From: Candidatus Binatia bacterium
Lineage (GTDB): Bacteria > Desulfobacterota > Binatia > UBA9968 > JAJDTQ01
Assembly (NCBI GenBank): GCA_963666515.2
Contig: OY762897.2
Span: forward strand, 2,112,001 to 2,176,000
Length of the DNA: 64,000 nt
Reading direction: 5' to 3'
The notes under the pieces were generated by a model, which saw only the letters and a list, made by a program, of their open reading frames with translations, did not search any database and was not told the origin of the DNA. The position numbers and the translations under genes are program-made. Of the stretch, positions 8,321 to 17,484 are shown piece after piece (positions within the stretch are counted from its first letter, which is position 1; each line of letters starts with the position of its first letter).

Positions 8321-10480
8321 CTAGCCCGTCGGCCAGAGGGGGAAGATGGACTCCGGCCAGACGATGTGCAGGGCGAAGTCGTAGAAGCCGACGATGAGCG
8401 CCAGGAACGCGAGGGCGACGCCTGCGGAGCCCAGCCAGCCGGCCTTGCCGTAGTACATGAGATAGAGGAAGAGCATGCCCGGCAGGGCCACGTGCACGCC
8501 GATGAGCCAGATGGCCACGTACATGATCGTGGTGAAGCCGAAGATGCGCACGAACCGCTGGCCCTCGGTCTTGGGATCGTCCCCGAGGATGAAGCCCGTG
8601 TCCATGATGTCGCCTTCCTCGATGCGCTTCTCCGGGGTGCCTCGCAGCAGCGTCCACACCCGGATGAGCCAGAACGGCGTCCCCACCAGCACCGCGAGCC
8701 TCGGCATCAGGTCGGCGCCTTCCGGATAACTGAACGAGTCGATGAACATGTACAGAAAGAAGGCGCCCACCGCGAGCAGGAGCACGACCTCTCCGGCGAC
8801 CTCCAGGGTGAAGCGGCGTCCGGGGGAACTTTCCCCGCCCTTGTCGGCCGCTACCGGTGATTCCGCGACGGCTTCCCGTACTGCCGCATCATCCAGGTCC
8901 TCCCGGGCTCCGGCCGTGTCATCGCCTGCCGCCGGCGCGCCGCCTTCCGCCGTCGCCTGCCCGGACTCCTCACCCTCGGTCATGGACATCATGGCCTGCC
9001 GGGCACCGCGCTGCGCTCGCAGGCTGAACAGGGTCACCGCGACCATGAAGGCCAGGATGGCCAGGAACTGCGGCCGCAGGAGCATGCCCCAGCCGTAGTT
9101 GCTGACCGAGATCCACAGGAACCGCTCCAGGATGTCGGCCAGCGCCACGGCGATGAGGATGGGCGGACGCGGCCAGCCGTAGCGCTTCATGAACACGCCC
9201 AGCAGGCCGAAGGCCAGCACCGCGCCCAGGTCTCCCAGGTTGCCGGCGGCGGCCAGCGCCGCCAGCGAGACGATGCCCACCACCACCGGAGCCAGGATGT
9301 TGGGCGGGATCACCGAGATGCGGCACAGGGTCGGGGCGAAGGCCAGCATGATGGGCACCACGACAAGATTGGCGAAGGCGATGGTGTAGACCATGCTCAC
9401 GGTGAGGTCGAGGTGCCGCGTGAGCATGAGCGGGCCCGGCGTGATGCCGGTGAGGATGAGGATGGCCAGCACGATGGCCATGCCGCCGCTGCCGGGAATG
9501 CCGAAGACGACGGTGGGAATGAGCACACCCCCGTCCACCGAGTTGTTGGCGGCGTCGGAGGCGATGACGCCGCGCACGTCGCCCTTGCCGAAGGTCTCGG
9601 TGCCGCCGGGCTCGGTCTGCCGCGCCTGGGCGTAGGCGATCCAGTGGGCGGCGCTGCCGCCGACCCCCGGCATGATGCCCACGAACACGCCGATGAGGGA
9701 CGAGCGGATCATCAGCCACTTGTGGCTCCAGGCCTGCAACATGCCCCGCCACACGTCGGATTTGGCCTCCCGGAGCAGCGTGTCCAGCCGCTGCCGGGCG
9801 ATGGTGGTGTCCCCCACCACCAGCGCGATGGCCTCGGGCAGCGCGAACAGCCCCACCACCACCGGCACCAGCGTGAAGCCGTCCCAGAGGTAGAAGTCGA
9901 ACCCCATGGCGGCGCGCACGTTGCCGCCCAGGTCGGCGTAGCCCACCATGGCGATGGCGATGCCGAAGGCCGCGGTGAGGATGCCCTTGACGAAGGCTCC
10001 GGCGCTCACCACGGCCACGGCCAGCACCCCCATGAGCGTCAGCAGGAAGAACTCCGCGGAGCCGAACCACTCCAGGAGCTGGCGGCTCACCGGCAGCGCC
10101 AGCAGCAGCGCGATGGCGCCGATGACGCCGCCCACGATGGTGGTGGTGTAGCTCGCGCCCAGCGCGACCCCGGCCAGGCCCTGCTGGGCCATGGGATAGC
10201 CGTCCAGCACCGTGGCCTGGGCGGAGCGGGCGCCGGGAACGCCGAACAGGATGGCGGGGATGGGCTCGGTGATGTCGCTGGCCGCCATGTGGAACACCAC
10301 GATGGTGATGGCGACCCAGGGGTCGAGGTGGACCGCGAGGCTCAGGACCACCACGGACACCGGCAGCCCGCCTCCGGGCATGAGCCCGGAGAACAGCGCC
10401 ACCGGCAGCACCAGCGCCATCGCCAGCAGCGGCCCCGGCGAAAACAGGTGGAAGAAAGCGTCAACGGACGCTTCGAGCAT
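8321..10480 (-). CDS. tctA: TTT permease, TctA-TctB fusion
   Basis: PGARSAQATVLDGYPMAQQG, FGKGDVRGVIASDAANNS; C-terminal hydrophobic domain resembles TctB at 36451. Confidence 0.9.
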   Translation of the reverse strand: MLEASVDAFFHLFSPGPLLAMALVLPVALFSGLMPGGGLPVSVVVLSLAVHLDPWVAITIVVFHMAASDITEPIPAILFGVPGARSAQATVLDGYPMAQQGLAGVALGASYTTTIVGGVIGAIALLLALPVSRQLLEWFGSAEFFLLTLMGVLAVAVVSAGAFVKGILTAAFGIAIAMVGYADLGGNVRAAMGFDFYLWDGFTLVPVVVGLFALPEAIALVVGDTTIARQRLDTLLREAKSDVWRGMLQAWSHKWLMIRSSLIGVFVGIMPGVGGSAAHWIAYAQARQTEPGGTETFGKGDVRGVIASDAANNSVDGGVLIPTVVFGIPGSGGMAIVLAILILTGITPGPLMLTRHLDLTVSMVYTIAFANLVVVPIMLAFAPTLCRISVIPPNILAPVVVGIVSLAALAAAGNLGDLGAVLAFGLLGVFMKRYGWPRPPILIAVALADILERFLWISVSNYGWGMLLRPQFLAILAFMVAVTLFSLRAQRGARQAMMSMTEGEESGQATAEGGAPAAGDDTAGAREDLDDAAVREAVAESPVAADKGGESSPGRRFTLEVAGEVVLLLAVGAFFLYMFIDSFSYPEGADLMPRLAVLVGTPFWLIRVWTLLRGTPEKRIEEGDIMDTGFILGDDPKTEGQRFVRIFGFTTIMYVAIWLIGVHVALPGMLFLYLMYYGKAGWLGSAGVALAFLALIVGFYDFALHIVWPESIFPLWPTG

Positions 10481-10495
10481 GAAGGCTCCCGGCGT

Positions 10496-11545
10496 CTATC
10501 GCTTCTCGCCCATCAGCTTCTGGAAGAACAGCGCGCCGTCAGGAGGCAGATCCTTGATGGTGGCGAGCTGTTTCTCGTAGTGCTCCGGAGAACCGTAGCC
10601 CACGTCGTAGCCGGCGACGGTGGCGATCTTCACGAATTCCGGGTCCTCAATGGTAGCCTTGAAGGCCTTGCGCCAAGTGTCCACGATGGGTTGGGGCGTC
10701 TTCGGCGGCAGCATGAAGGCCCTGAGGGACTGGTGGATGTTCACGGCCGTGTTGAATGCCGTTTTCTGCGCCTCACTGATCTTCAGACCCGGCAGCTTGA
10801 GGATGTTGCGTGGCATCTTGGCTTCCATCCGCGCGAGCCACCCTTCGCTGGGCGGGGCGTTCCACCAGAAGATCGGCACCAGCCGCTTCTTCTCGACAAG
10901 CTCCGGGTACATGCGCGGCAGGCGGCGCTCCAGGCAGGTCACCACCTCGGTCTCGCCCCGGGCGAAGGCCGCAAACTCCTCGGCTGTGGACTTGTAGCCG
11001 TAGATCAGCTTCATGGGGCCGCCCACGAGCTGGACGAACTCCCCGCCCATGGGAACACGGCCGATGCCGGGCCGCTGGGACGCCATCCGCAACTGCCGCC
11101 CCATCTTGAGCATGTCTTCCCAGGACTTGGCGACGTTGCGGTCGACGCAGATGGTGTAGTTGTCGTCCACCAGTGTGGGCGCGCCCAGGATGATGAGTTC
11201 CTTGACGTCGAAGCCCGGCACGTCCACCCCTGCCAGCTCCTTCATCACCAGGCTGGTGAAATGCGGACCCACCGTGAGGCCGTTGGGCTTTTGGCGGTTG
11301 ATGTACTGGGTTCCCTTGAGGCCGGCGCCGCCGGGAACGTTGCGCACGATGAACCGGGGACTGCCCGGCAAGTGCTTGGGGGCCACCTTGGCGAACAGGC
11401 GGGCGATAATGTCGTAGCCGCCCCCCGCGCCGGTGCCGACGATGAGGTTGATGGTCTTGCCCTTGAAGTTGACGTCCTGTGCGGCAACATTGCCTGCAAG
11501 GAACAGGACGAACAATGCGGCGACGGCAAAGCGCATGTGTCTCAT
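10496..11545 (-). CDS. tctC: TTT substrate-binding protein (Bug family)
   Basis: Signal peptide, GAGGGYDIIAR, RNVPGGAG. Confidence 0.88.
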   Translation of the reverse strand: MRHMRFAVAALFVLFLAGNVAAQDVNFKGKTINLIVGTGAGGGYDIIARLFAKVAPKHLPGSPRFIVRNVPGGAGLKGTQYINRQKPNGLTVGPHFTSLVMKELAGVDVPGFDVKELIILGAPTLVDDNYTICVDRNVAKSWEDMLKMGRQLRMASQRPGIGRVPMGGEFVQLVGGPMKLIYGYKSTAEEFAAFARGETEVVTCLERRLPRMYPELVEKKRLVPIFWWNAPPSEGWLARMEAKMPRNILKLPGLKISEAQKTAFNTAVNIHQSLRAFMLPPKTPQPIVDTWRKAFKATIEDPEFVKIATVAGYDVGYGSPEHYEKQLATIKDLPPDGALFFQKLMGEKR

Positions 11546-11652
11546 GGCGGATTCCTTTCTCCGTGTCTTCCACGGATGGTGGCCCGTCACTTGAGCTATA
11601 GGCCACTAAACGCCGATATTCACTTGTCTTTCCTTTGCTGAACTCCCTGCGT

Positions 11653-12768
11653 TTACGGATAGAGGGCGTCGACCATCCGGCGCTTGTGATAGTCCGGCGT
11701 GCCCAGGTACTGGTAGAGCGTGTGCGCCAGCACGCTGTGGACCATCAGCGGATGCAGGTAGTCCGTGCCCGGTCCGGCGTGCACCATGTGCGAGTAGCTG
11801 CACGCCTGGTGGTAGCCCTCGCTGGCCGCGGCCTTGGACTCGTGGATGCCGGCCTCCGCGGGCAGTCCCTCGTCCAGCTCCCACAGGGTCTCATAGGTGG
11901 CCATGCGCGCCCGGTCCATGTGGATCGAAAGCTCCACGCAGTGGTCCTGCACCCGCTGGAAGCGGCCGATGAGCTGGCCGAAGGCGCGGCGTTCGTTGGT
12001 GTACCGGACGGTGAAGTCGTAGATCTCCTGGCACGCCCCCACCTTGTAGGCGCACAGGATCGGAATGGCCTTCTCCGCGGCCTTGTCCAGCAGCTCCCAG
12101 CCCGCGCCTGCCGCGCCGACGAGGTTTCCGGCAGGGACCTCTACGTTGTCGAAGGAGACCTCGCTCACCGACACCATGAAACCGTTGTGCGGCGTCACCG
12201 TCACCCCCGGCGCGTTCCGGTCCACCAGCACCACCGAGACCCCGCCGTCGCCGCCGCGCACCGCGCACAGGAAGGCGGTGGCGCCCTCGGCGTCGTAGAC
12301 GTGGCGCTTGGCGCCCTGGAGGGTCAGGGTGTCGCCGGACTGCGAGCACGCGGTGGCGACCGTCTCCGGCCCCCAATGGGCGCCGTGGTCGCCGATGGCC
12401 GGGATGACGATGGCGTCGCCACCGCAGATGGCCGGCAACAGCTCCTGCTTCTGGGCGTCGGAGCCGCCGTCGAGCACGATCTGCGCCGCCAGCACGCCGG
12501 ACGAGAATACCGGCCCGGGAACCGGCGCGCGCCCGAGCTCCTCGAACACCACCCCGCAGTCCAGGTAGGACAACCCGGCGCCGCCGTACTGCTCCGGCAT
12601 GAGCATGCCGAGCCAGCCCAAGCCGGCGATCTTGGCGTAGAGGTCGGGCAGGAAGGTCTCCTTCTTGAGGAACTGCTGCGTCAGCATGGTGGTGGGCGCC
12701 TCCGCCTGGACGAAGTCCGCGGCCACCTTCTTGAACATCTCCTGGTCTTCGTTGAGTCTCAGATCCAT
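11653..12768 (-). CDS. Acyl-CoA dehydrogenase (probable beta subunit of a heteromer)
   Basis: EELGRAPVPGP, RRAFGQLIGRFQRVQ. Confidence 0.88.
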   Translation of the reverse strand: MDLRLNEDQEMFKKVAADFVQAEAPTTMLTQQFLKKETFLPDLYAKIAGLGWLGMLMPEQYGGAGLSYLDCGVVFEELGRAPVPGPVFSSGVLAAQIVLDGGSDAQKQELLPAICGGDAIVIPAIGDHGAHWGPETVATACSQSGDTLTLQGAKRHVYDAEGATAFLCAVRGGDGGVSVVLVDRNAPGVTVTPHNGFMVSVSEVSFDNVEVPAGNLVGAAGAGWELLDKAAEKAIPILCAYKVGACQEIYDFTVRYTNERRAFGQLIGRFQRVQDHCVELSIHMDRARMATYETLWELDEGLPAEAGIHESKAAASEGYHQACSYSHMVHAGPGTDYLHPLMVHSVLAHTLYQYLGTPDYHKRRMVDALYP

Positions 12769-12778
12769 GATGTCGTCC

Positions 12779-13993
12779 TTACACCGTTTCCGGCGCCTTC
12801 TCCTTCGTCTCCCGGCCGATGCCGGCGCGACGGGCGAAGATGAGCCGGTCGGTGTCCAGCGTGCCACCGCCGTGGAGCTGCCCGGGGCCGCTGCGGATGA
12901 CGTACTCGAAGTCCAGCACCTCGTGCACGCCGTGATCCGGGATCAGCGCGTCCGCGCCCATGATCTTCTGCAGCCGCTCGCCGTTCCTGAGCCGGACCAT
13001 GCGCTGGTAGTAGCGGAACTGGGCGCCGCCGTAGGCGTGCGGCTCCTTGACGAAACGGTGCCAGAAGATGCGCCGGTTCATGCGGTTGACCGTGTTGATC
13101 TCCAGGATCATGTCGGCGATGATGTCGCGCACGTGCGGATCGTCGATGAGCGGCTTGCCGCCCACCTCGTGGTTCCGGCAGTACTCCACCACCCGGTCCA
13201 CCACCGGGTCGGTGCCGACCCGGCCGTCGCCGCCGTGCTCCAACTCCAGGTGGGTGTGGGCCACCTTCCAGCCGTTGTTCTCGCCGCCGACGAGGTACTT
13301 GGCGGGCACCCGCACGTTGTCGAAGAACACCGCGTTCTTGATGCCCATCATCAGGTGCATGTGCTGGATGGTGACGCCCGGCAGGTCGGCCGGGATGTGC
13401 AGCCAGCCCAGGTTCTCGTGGCGCTTGCCGTCGGGGTCGGTGCACACCAGCGTCCACAGCACGTCCGGCGGCAGGTGGTGGCCCACCATCACCTTCTGGC
13501 CGTTGACGATGTAGTCGTCGCCATCGCGGATGGCGCGAGTCTGGCAGTTGGCTACGTCGCTGCCGCTCTGGGGCTCGGTAAGCACCTGCCACACCACGAT
13601 CTCGCCGCGGGCGATGGGCGGCAGGAACTCGCGCTTCTGCTCCTCGCTGCCCCAGTGGAGCAGCACCGGGGCGACGATGCGCGCCAGAGTGTAGAAGATG
13701 TGGGTGAGGTTCAGGCCGTAGCGCGACAGCTCGGTCTCCAGCACGAACTGGTGATCCACGGTGAGGCCGGCGCCGCCGTACTCCTCCGGGAACATCGGGA
13801 ACAGCCAGCCCTTCTTGCCCAGCTTCTCCCCCAGGCCGCGGCGGAAGCCGTACTCCTCCTCGTCCTCCCGGGTGGACCACGAGGCCGACCACCGCAGGTG
13901 CTCCGAGCCCTTCATGTTCTCTTCCATCCAGGCCCGGACCTCCTTGCGGAACTCGGTCATCTCCGGTGAGTCTTCTTGCAGGTTGAAATCCAT
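12779..13993 (-). CDS. Acyl-CoA dehydrogenase (probable alpha subunit)
   Basis: TEPQSGSD, VNGQK, GGENNGWKVAHTHLELE. Confidence 0.9.
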   Translation of the reverse strand: MDFNLQEDSPEMTEFRKEVRAWMEENMKGSEHLRWSASWSTREDEEEYGFRRGLGEKLGKKGWLFPMFPEEYGGAGLTVDHQFVLETELSRYGLNLTHIFYTLARIVAPVLLHWGSEEQKREFLPPIARGEIVVWQVLTEPQSGSDVANCQTRAIRDGDDYIVNGQKVMVGHHLPPDVLWTLVCTDPDGKRHENLGWLHIPADLPGVTIQHMHLMMGIKNAVFFDNVRVPAKYLVGGENNGWKVAHTHLELEHGGDGRVGTDPVVDRVVEYCRNHEVGGKPLIDDPHVRDIIADMILEINTVNRMNRRIFWHRFVKEPHAYGGAQFRYYQRMVRLRNGERLQKIMGADALIPDHGVHEVLDFEYVIRSGPGQLHGGGTLDTDRLIFARRAGIGRETKEKAPETV

Positions 13994-14030
13994 GGACTCT
14001 CCTTCGTCGCTATGCTGCCAGTTCAACCGA

Positions 14031-14107
14031 CTCCGTGTTTCCCGGCGGCCTCTCCGTCATTCCCGGCGGCCCCCTGTCCGTCATTCCGGCGAAAGCCGGA
14101 ATCCAGG
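14031..14107 (+). repeat. Tandem degenerate GTCATTCC-type REP-like units
   Basis: Two truncated CCGTCATTCCCGGCGGCC-like units, then the full palindrome GTCATTCCGGCGAAAGCCGGAATCCAG. Confidence 0.8.
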
Positions 14108-14123
14108 GCTCGCCCGGGTCCCC

Positions 14124-15194
14124 TCAGCCCGTCCGTATCGGCTTGGTCACCGCCAGCGTGTTCCGTCCCGTCCACATGGGCAGCAGCACGCAGTGCCGGT
14201 GCTTGCCGCCGGTCACGATCACCATGATGTCGTCGGGCCGGGTGGCCAGGTGCACGATGCCGTCGGGGGTGACGTTGGGGGACTCCCGCAGCAGTTCCTC
14301 GTCGCTCTTGGTGCCCTTGCGGCGGTCCGGGATGCTGGCGAAGGTGAGGGTGGAATGCTCCCACAGGTACTCGCGGACGTCCGCCCGCGTGATGCCGTCC
14401 CGGGCCATGATCTCGGCGTCCTCGCTGCACAGGGCCACCAGCGGCGTGCCGCCGCCGAAGCTGCCCACGTCCAGGTGGCTGCCGCCGTGGTGCATGGCGA
14501 TGACCTCGGCCAGCGACGACAGCGCCTCCTGCCCGGTGCTGCCGGCGGTGTGCATGGGGATGAAGCCGTTGATGCCGCACACGGTCACGGCGCTCTGCTC
14601 GGGCTTGTAGCCCCGGCTCACGTGGTAGGGCTCCCAGGGGCTCTTCTCTTCGTTCTCGCCGAAGCAGAAGCTGTACTTGCCGGGCCAGCCGAAGGTGGCG
14701 CGGTCGGTGTCGCCGGGATAGCCGCCGCCGATGGTGATGAGGATCAGGCGGACGGCGCGGCCGATGGTGGCGTTGGCGCGGTGGCCGGGGCCGAACGCGC
14801 CGGCGTCGCAGTTGATGCCGATCTCGTTCCGCACCGGGCCGTTCACCAGCAGCGCCGGACCCGCGTAGCCGGTGGTGGCCTGGACCCCGTAGAGGTTGAA
14901 GCGGGGCTCCATGATGCCCTCGACCGCGGCGATGACCACCGGCAGGTATTCCGGCAGGCAGCCCGCCATCACGCAGTTGACGGCGACCTTCTCGACCGTG
15001 GCCGGTGCCCACTTGGGCGGCACCTGCCCCAGTATCTCCTGGGGGTCGCGGTGGGTGCCCGCGAGCATGCGCTCCACGCGCTCGCGGGTGGGCGGCACGA
15101 TGGGCAGGCCGTCGCTCAACTGGCGCTCCAGGAACCAGTCGTTGGCCGCCTCCAGCGAGTCCTCCACCTCGATGACGTCGGAGACGAGCTTCAC
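14124..15194 (-). CDS. Conserved protein, partner of UGSC (seleno)protein
   Basis: SDGLPIVPPT, EKVAVNCVMAGC, GPGHRANATIGRA; GTGA overlap with the upstream gene. Confidence 0.8.
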   Translation of the reverse strand: MKLVSDVIEVEDSLEAANDWFLERQLSDGLPIVPPTRERVERMLAGTHRDPQEILGQVPPKWAPATVEKVAVNCVMAGCLPEYLPVVIAAVEGIMEPRFNLYGVQATTGYAGPALLVNGPVRNEIGINCDAGAFGPGHRANATIGRAVRLILITIGGGYPGDTDRATFGWPGKYSFCFGENEEKSPWEPYHVSRGYKPEQSAVTVCGINGFIPMHTAGSTGQEALSSLAEVIAMHHGGSHLDVGSFGGGTPLVALCSEDAEIMARDGITRADVREYLWEHSTLTFASIPDRRKGTKSDEELLRESPNVTPDGIVHLATRPDDIMVIVTGGKHRHCVLLPMWTGRNTLAVTKPIRTG

Positions 15195-15772
15195 CTAGCT
15201 TCCGCCCCCGAAGCACCGGCCTCCGCCGGCTTGCCGGCGTCGGCGTCCGTCAGGATCTCGCGCACCGGCCCGATGGCGATCCTTGCATCCTCGGCGTGCT
15301 CGCCCGGCCGCGCGCCGCCGCTCGGGTGGTGCGGGATCTGCACCAGCGGCAGCTTGGGCATGCCGAAGAACGTCGCTTCCTTCCGGCCCAGCTCCATGAA
15401 GATGGTCTGGCACAGGGTCACCGTGGGGGTGCCGCGCTTCTGGATCTCGATGGCGTCGTGGACACTCCACGACGTGCAGGACCCTCAAGCGCCCAGGCCG
15501 GTGACGACCGCGTCGCACCGGCTCAGCATCTCCTCGATCATCTCCCCCGGCGCCGCATTCATGTGGCTGGGCTTCTTCTTGAGCAGCACCTCGGCCGCGC
15601 CCGTCTGCTCCTCGATCAGCCTCGCCAGTTCCTCGAACATCGGACTCGAGTTGGCCTGACCGTTGTCGATGATGCCGACGACTTTCCCGGCCAGACCATC
15701 CAGCCCAGGGACGGGCGGATGATTCTCCAGCAGGACGTCGGCCCTTGGATCGAGCATCTCAAGCTTTCCCAT
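15191..15772 (-). CDS. UGSC-family selenoprotein (in-frame UGA at 15485-15487)
   Basis: Track ORFs 15485..15784 and 15191..15421 share one frame: VVTGLGA-TGA-GSCTSWSVHDA gives a UxxC motif; 193 aa with readthrough. Confidence 0.85.
15454..15474 (-). promoter_or_regulatory. Candidate bacterial SECIS hairpin
   Basis: CGTCGTGGA-GTG-TCCACGACG perfect stem begins after a 10-nt spacer 3' of the UGA; GU in the loop. Confidence 0.65.
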
Positions 15773-15807
15773 GAGGCCCTCCATCGCACGCGTGATTTAC
15801 CTGCGAG

Positions 15808-15837
15808 ACCTTACCCAAGGGGCAATTGGATTGTCAA
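15808..15837 (-). promoter_or_regulatory. Putative sigma70 promoter of the UGSC operon
   Basis: TTGACA-N18-TAAGGT. Confidence 0.45.
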
Positions 15838-15851
15838 CGGCATGACGAGCG

Positions 15852-17060
15852 TCACAAGAGCTGGGACAAGAAAGTTCTGGCCGGGACCACCAGGGGCGGT
15901 CCCGGTCCCGCAAAGCAATCGGCGTCAACGAAGTCCGCATCTACCACCACCTGAAACGCAAACGGCGCGTTGACCTGATCCTGGAAGTACTTGAGAGACC
16001 CGCTCATGGATTCATCCCGGTGTTTCACCTCCACCAGGAACCAGGGTCGGCCTTCGCGGGCCACTACGAAGTCCACTTCCCGCTTTTCCCTGTCGCGCAG
16101 GTAGCCGAGTTCAAACCGCCCGAGGCCCATATCGTTCCAACCGTCAACCGCCTTGAGGAGATGACACGCAACAAAAGTCTCCGCTTTCTCCCCCACATCC
16201 TCGATATCCGACCAGTCCCTCAAGTACCACTTGGGCTCCTTGCGCAGCGATCGGGAGACGTTCCGGAACCACGGTCTGACGAGAAAGCCCAGGTGGAAGT
16301 CGCACAGTGTGGCGACCCAGCGACGGACGGTGTCCGCCGCCACCCGCACTTCTCCGGCGAGGTTGCCGTACACGAGTTGACCCCCCGACTGACGGCTCAG
16401 TCGATGGACAAGGACCTCCATCTGGTCGATCTGCTGAACCTGGGTGATGTCGCGGATGTCTTCCCGGACCAGTTGCGCGAGACGTAGCGACCGCCACCTA
16501 CGGCTGAAGCGGATGTCGCGTTTAAGGAACGGCTCAGGATATCCCCCGTGACTCCAAAGCGCTTCGAAATCACCTGCGTCGATTCTGCCTGGAAACCGGA
16601 CGATCCGCTCGGGATCGGGAAGCTCCCTACTTATCGTCTCCGCTACGGAGAAAGGGTGCATCCGGTAGGAGAAGTACCGCCCCATCAGGCTGTCGCCACC
16701 CCTGCGGAAGACGTCCAGACGGCTGCTGCCCGTGACGATGATCCGGAGGCGGTCACTATAGGTGTCGAACAGGCCCTTGAGGAAGGGTTTCCAGTTCGGG
16801 AACTTGTGTAGTTCGTCGAAGAGCGCTACCGGAGAGGTGGCGGAGAGCCGCTCCACTCCCATGGCGGCGGCAAGGCTGGCCGGACCCGCCAGCACGAGTT
16901 CCCGGTCGTCGAGATTGTCCCAGTTGCAGTAGTTGTCGGCGTGACGCCGGCACGTCGTGGTCTTGCCCACCTGCCGCGGACCGCTGACAAACACCATCTG
17001 CCGGTTGGCGGACAAGTGCTCGGCCAGCAGGGCATCGTAGACGCGCGATTCCGTGTCCAT
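15852..17060 (-). CDS. AAA_14 ATPase with DUF4143 domain
   Basis: GPRQVGKTT, ALFDE, TGSS, GGYPE, REVDFVV..VEVK. Confidence 0.9.
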   Translation of the reverse strand: MDTESRVYDALLAEHLSANRQMVFVSGPRQVGKTTTCRRHADNYCNWDNLDDRELVLAGPASLAAAMGVERLSATSPVALFDELHKFPNWKPFLKGLFDTYSDRLRIIVTGSSRLDVFRRGGDSLMGRYFSYRMHPFSVAETISRELPDPERIVRFPGRIDAGDFEALWSHGGYPEPFLKRDIRFSRRWRSLRLAQLVREDIRDITQVQQIDQMEVLVHRLSRQSGGQLVYGNLAGEVRVAADTVRRWVATLCDFHLGFLVRPWFRNVSRSLRKEPKWYLRDWSDIEDVGEKAETFVACHLLKAVDGWNDMGLGRFELGYLRDREKREVDFVVAREGRPWFLVEVKHRDESMSGSLKYFQDQVNAPFAFQVVVDADFVDADCFAGPGPPLVVPARTFLSQLL

Positions 17061-17166
17061 AGCTTGACCATTATCCATAGCATCGTATTCTGGTCAAGAC
17101 TATTCGACGATGTACCGTATTTTGGCCGGACTTCGTCGTACTTGGTCAATCCCTCGGGCCGACATA

Positions 17167-17181
17167 TGGCATGGAACTTGC
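17167..17181 (+). promoter_or_regulatory. Putative sigma54 -24/-12 promoter
   Basis: TGGCATGGAACTTGC matches TGGCAY-N5-TTGC with GG-N10-GC spacing. Confidence 0.55.
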
Positions 17182-17275
17182 GTTACTCAACGGCATGTCG
17201 GCTTGACGGGCCAAGGCTCAAAGGATAGGTTCCAACACGGCGGTCGTTACGGCCGCACTATGGGGAGACTGACCG

Positions 17276-17461
17276 ATGGAATTGGAAGAAAGGATGACCC
17301 GCCTCGAAACGGCCTTCGAAACCACCCTGCCGCATTTGGCTACCAAAGCGGATATTGCAACACTGGAAACGAAGATCGCCCGACTGGAAAGCAAGATGGC
17401 ATGGGAGACCGTCGCCATCCTGGTGGCCTTGGCGACGATCCTCGTCAAGCTGTTCACGTAG
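17276..17461 (+). CDS. Small CCDC90/DUF1640-like coiled-coil protein with C-terminal TM
   Basis: LPHLATKADI motif, hydrophobic C-terminus, GGGGAG RBS. Confidence 0.7.
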   Translation: MELEERMTRLETAFETTLPHLATKADIATLETKIARLESKMAWETVAILVALATILVKLFT

Positions 17462-17484
17462 AGCATCCTTTTCCGTAACCGCCC

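Noticed and set aside
14031-14107. Possible mini-CRISPR
   Set aside because: Units are adjacent with no unique spacers, and there are no cas genes
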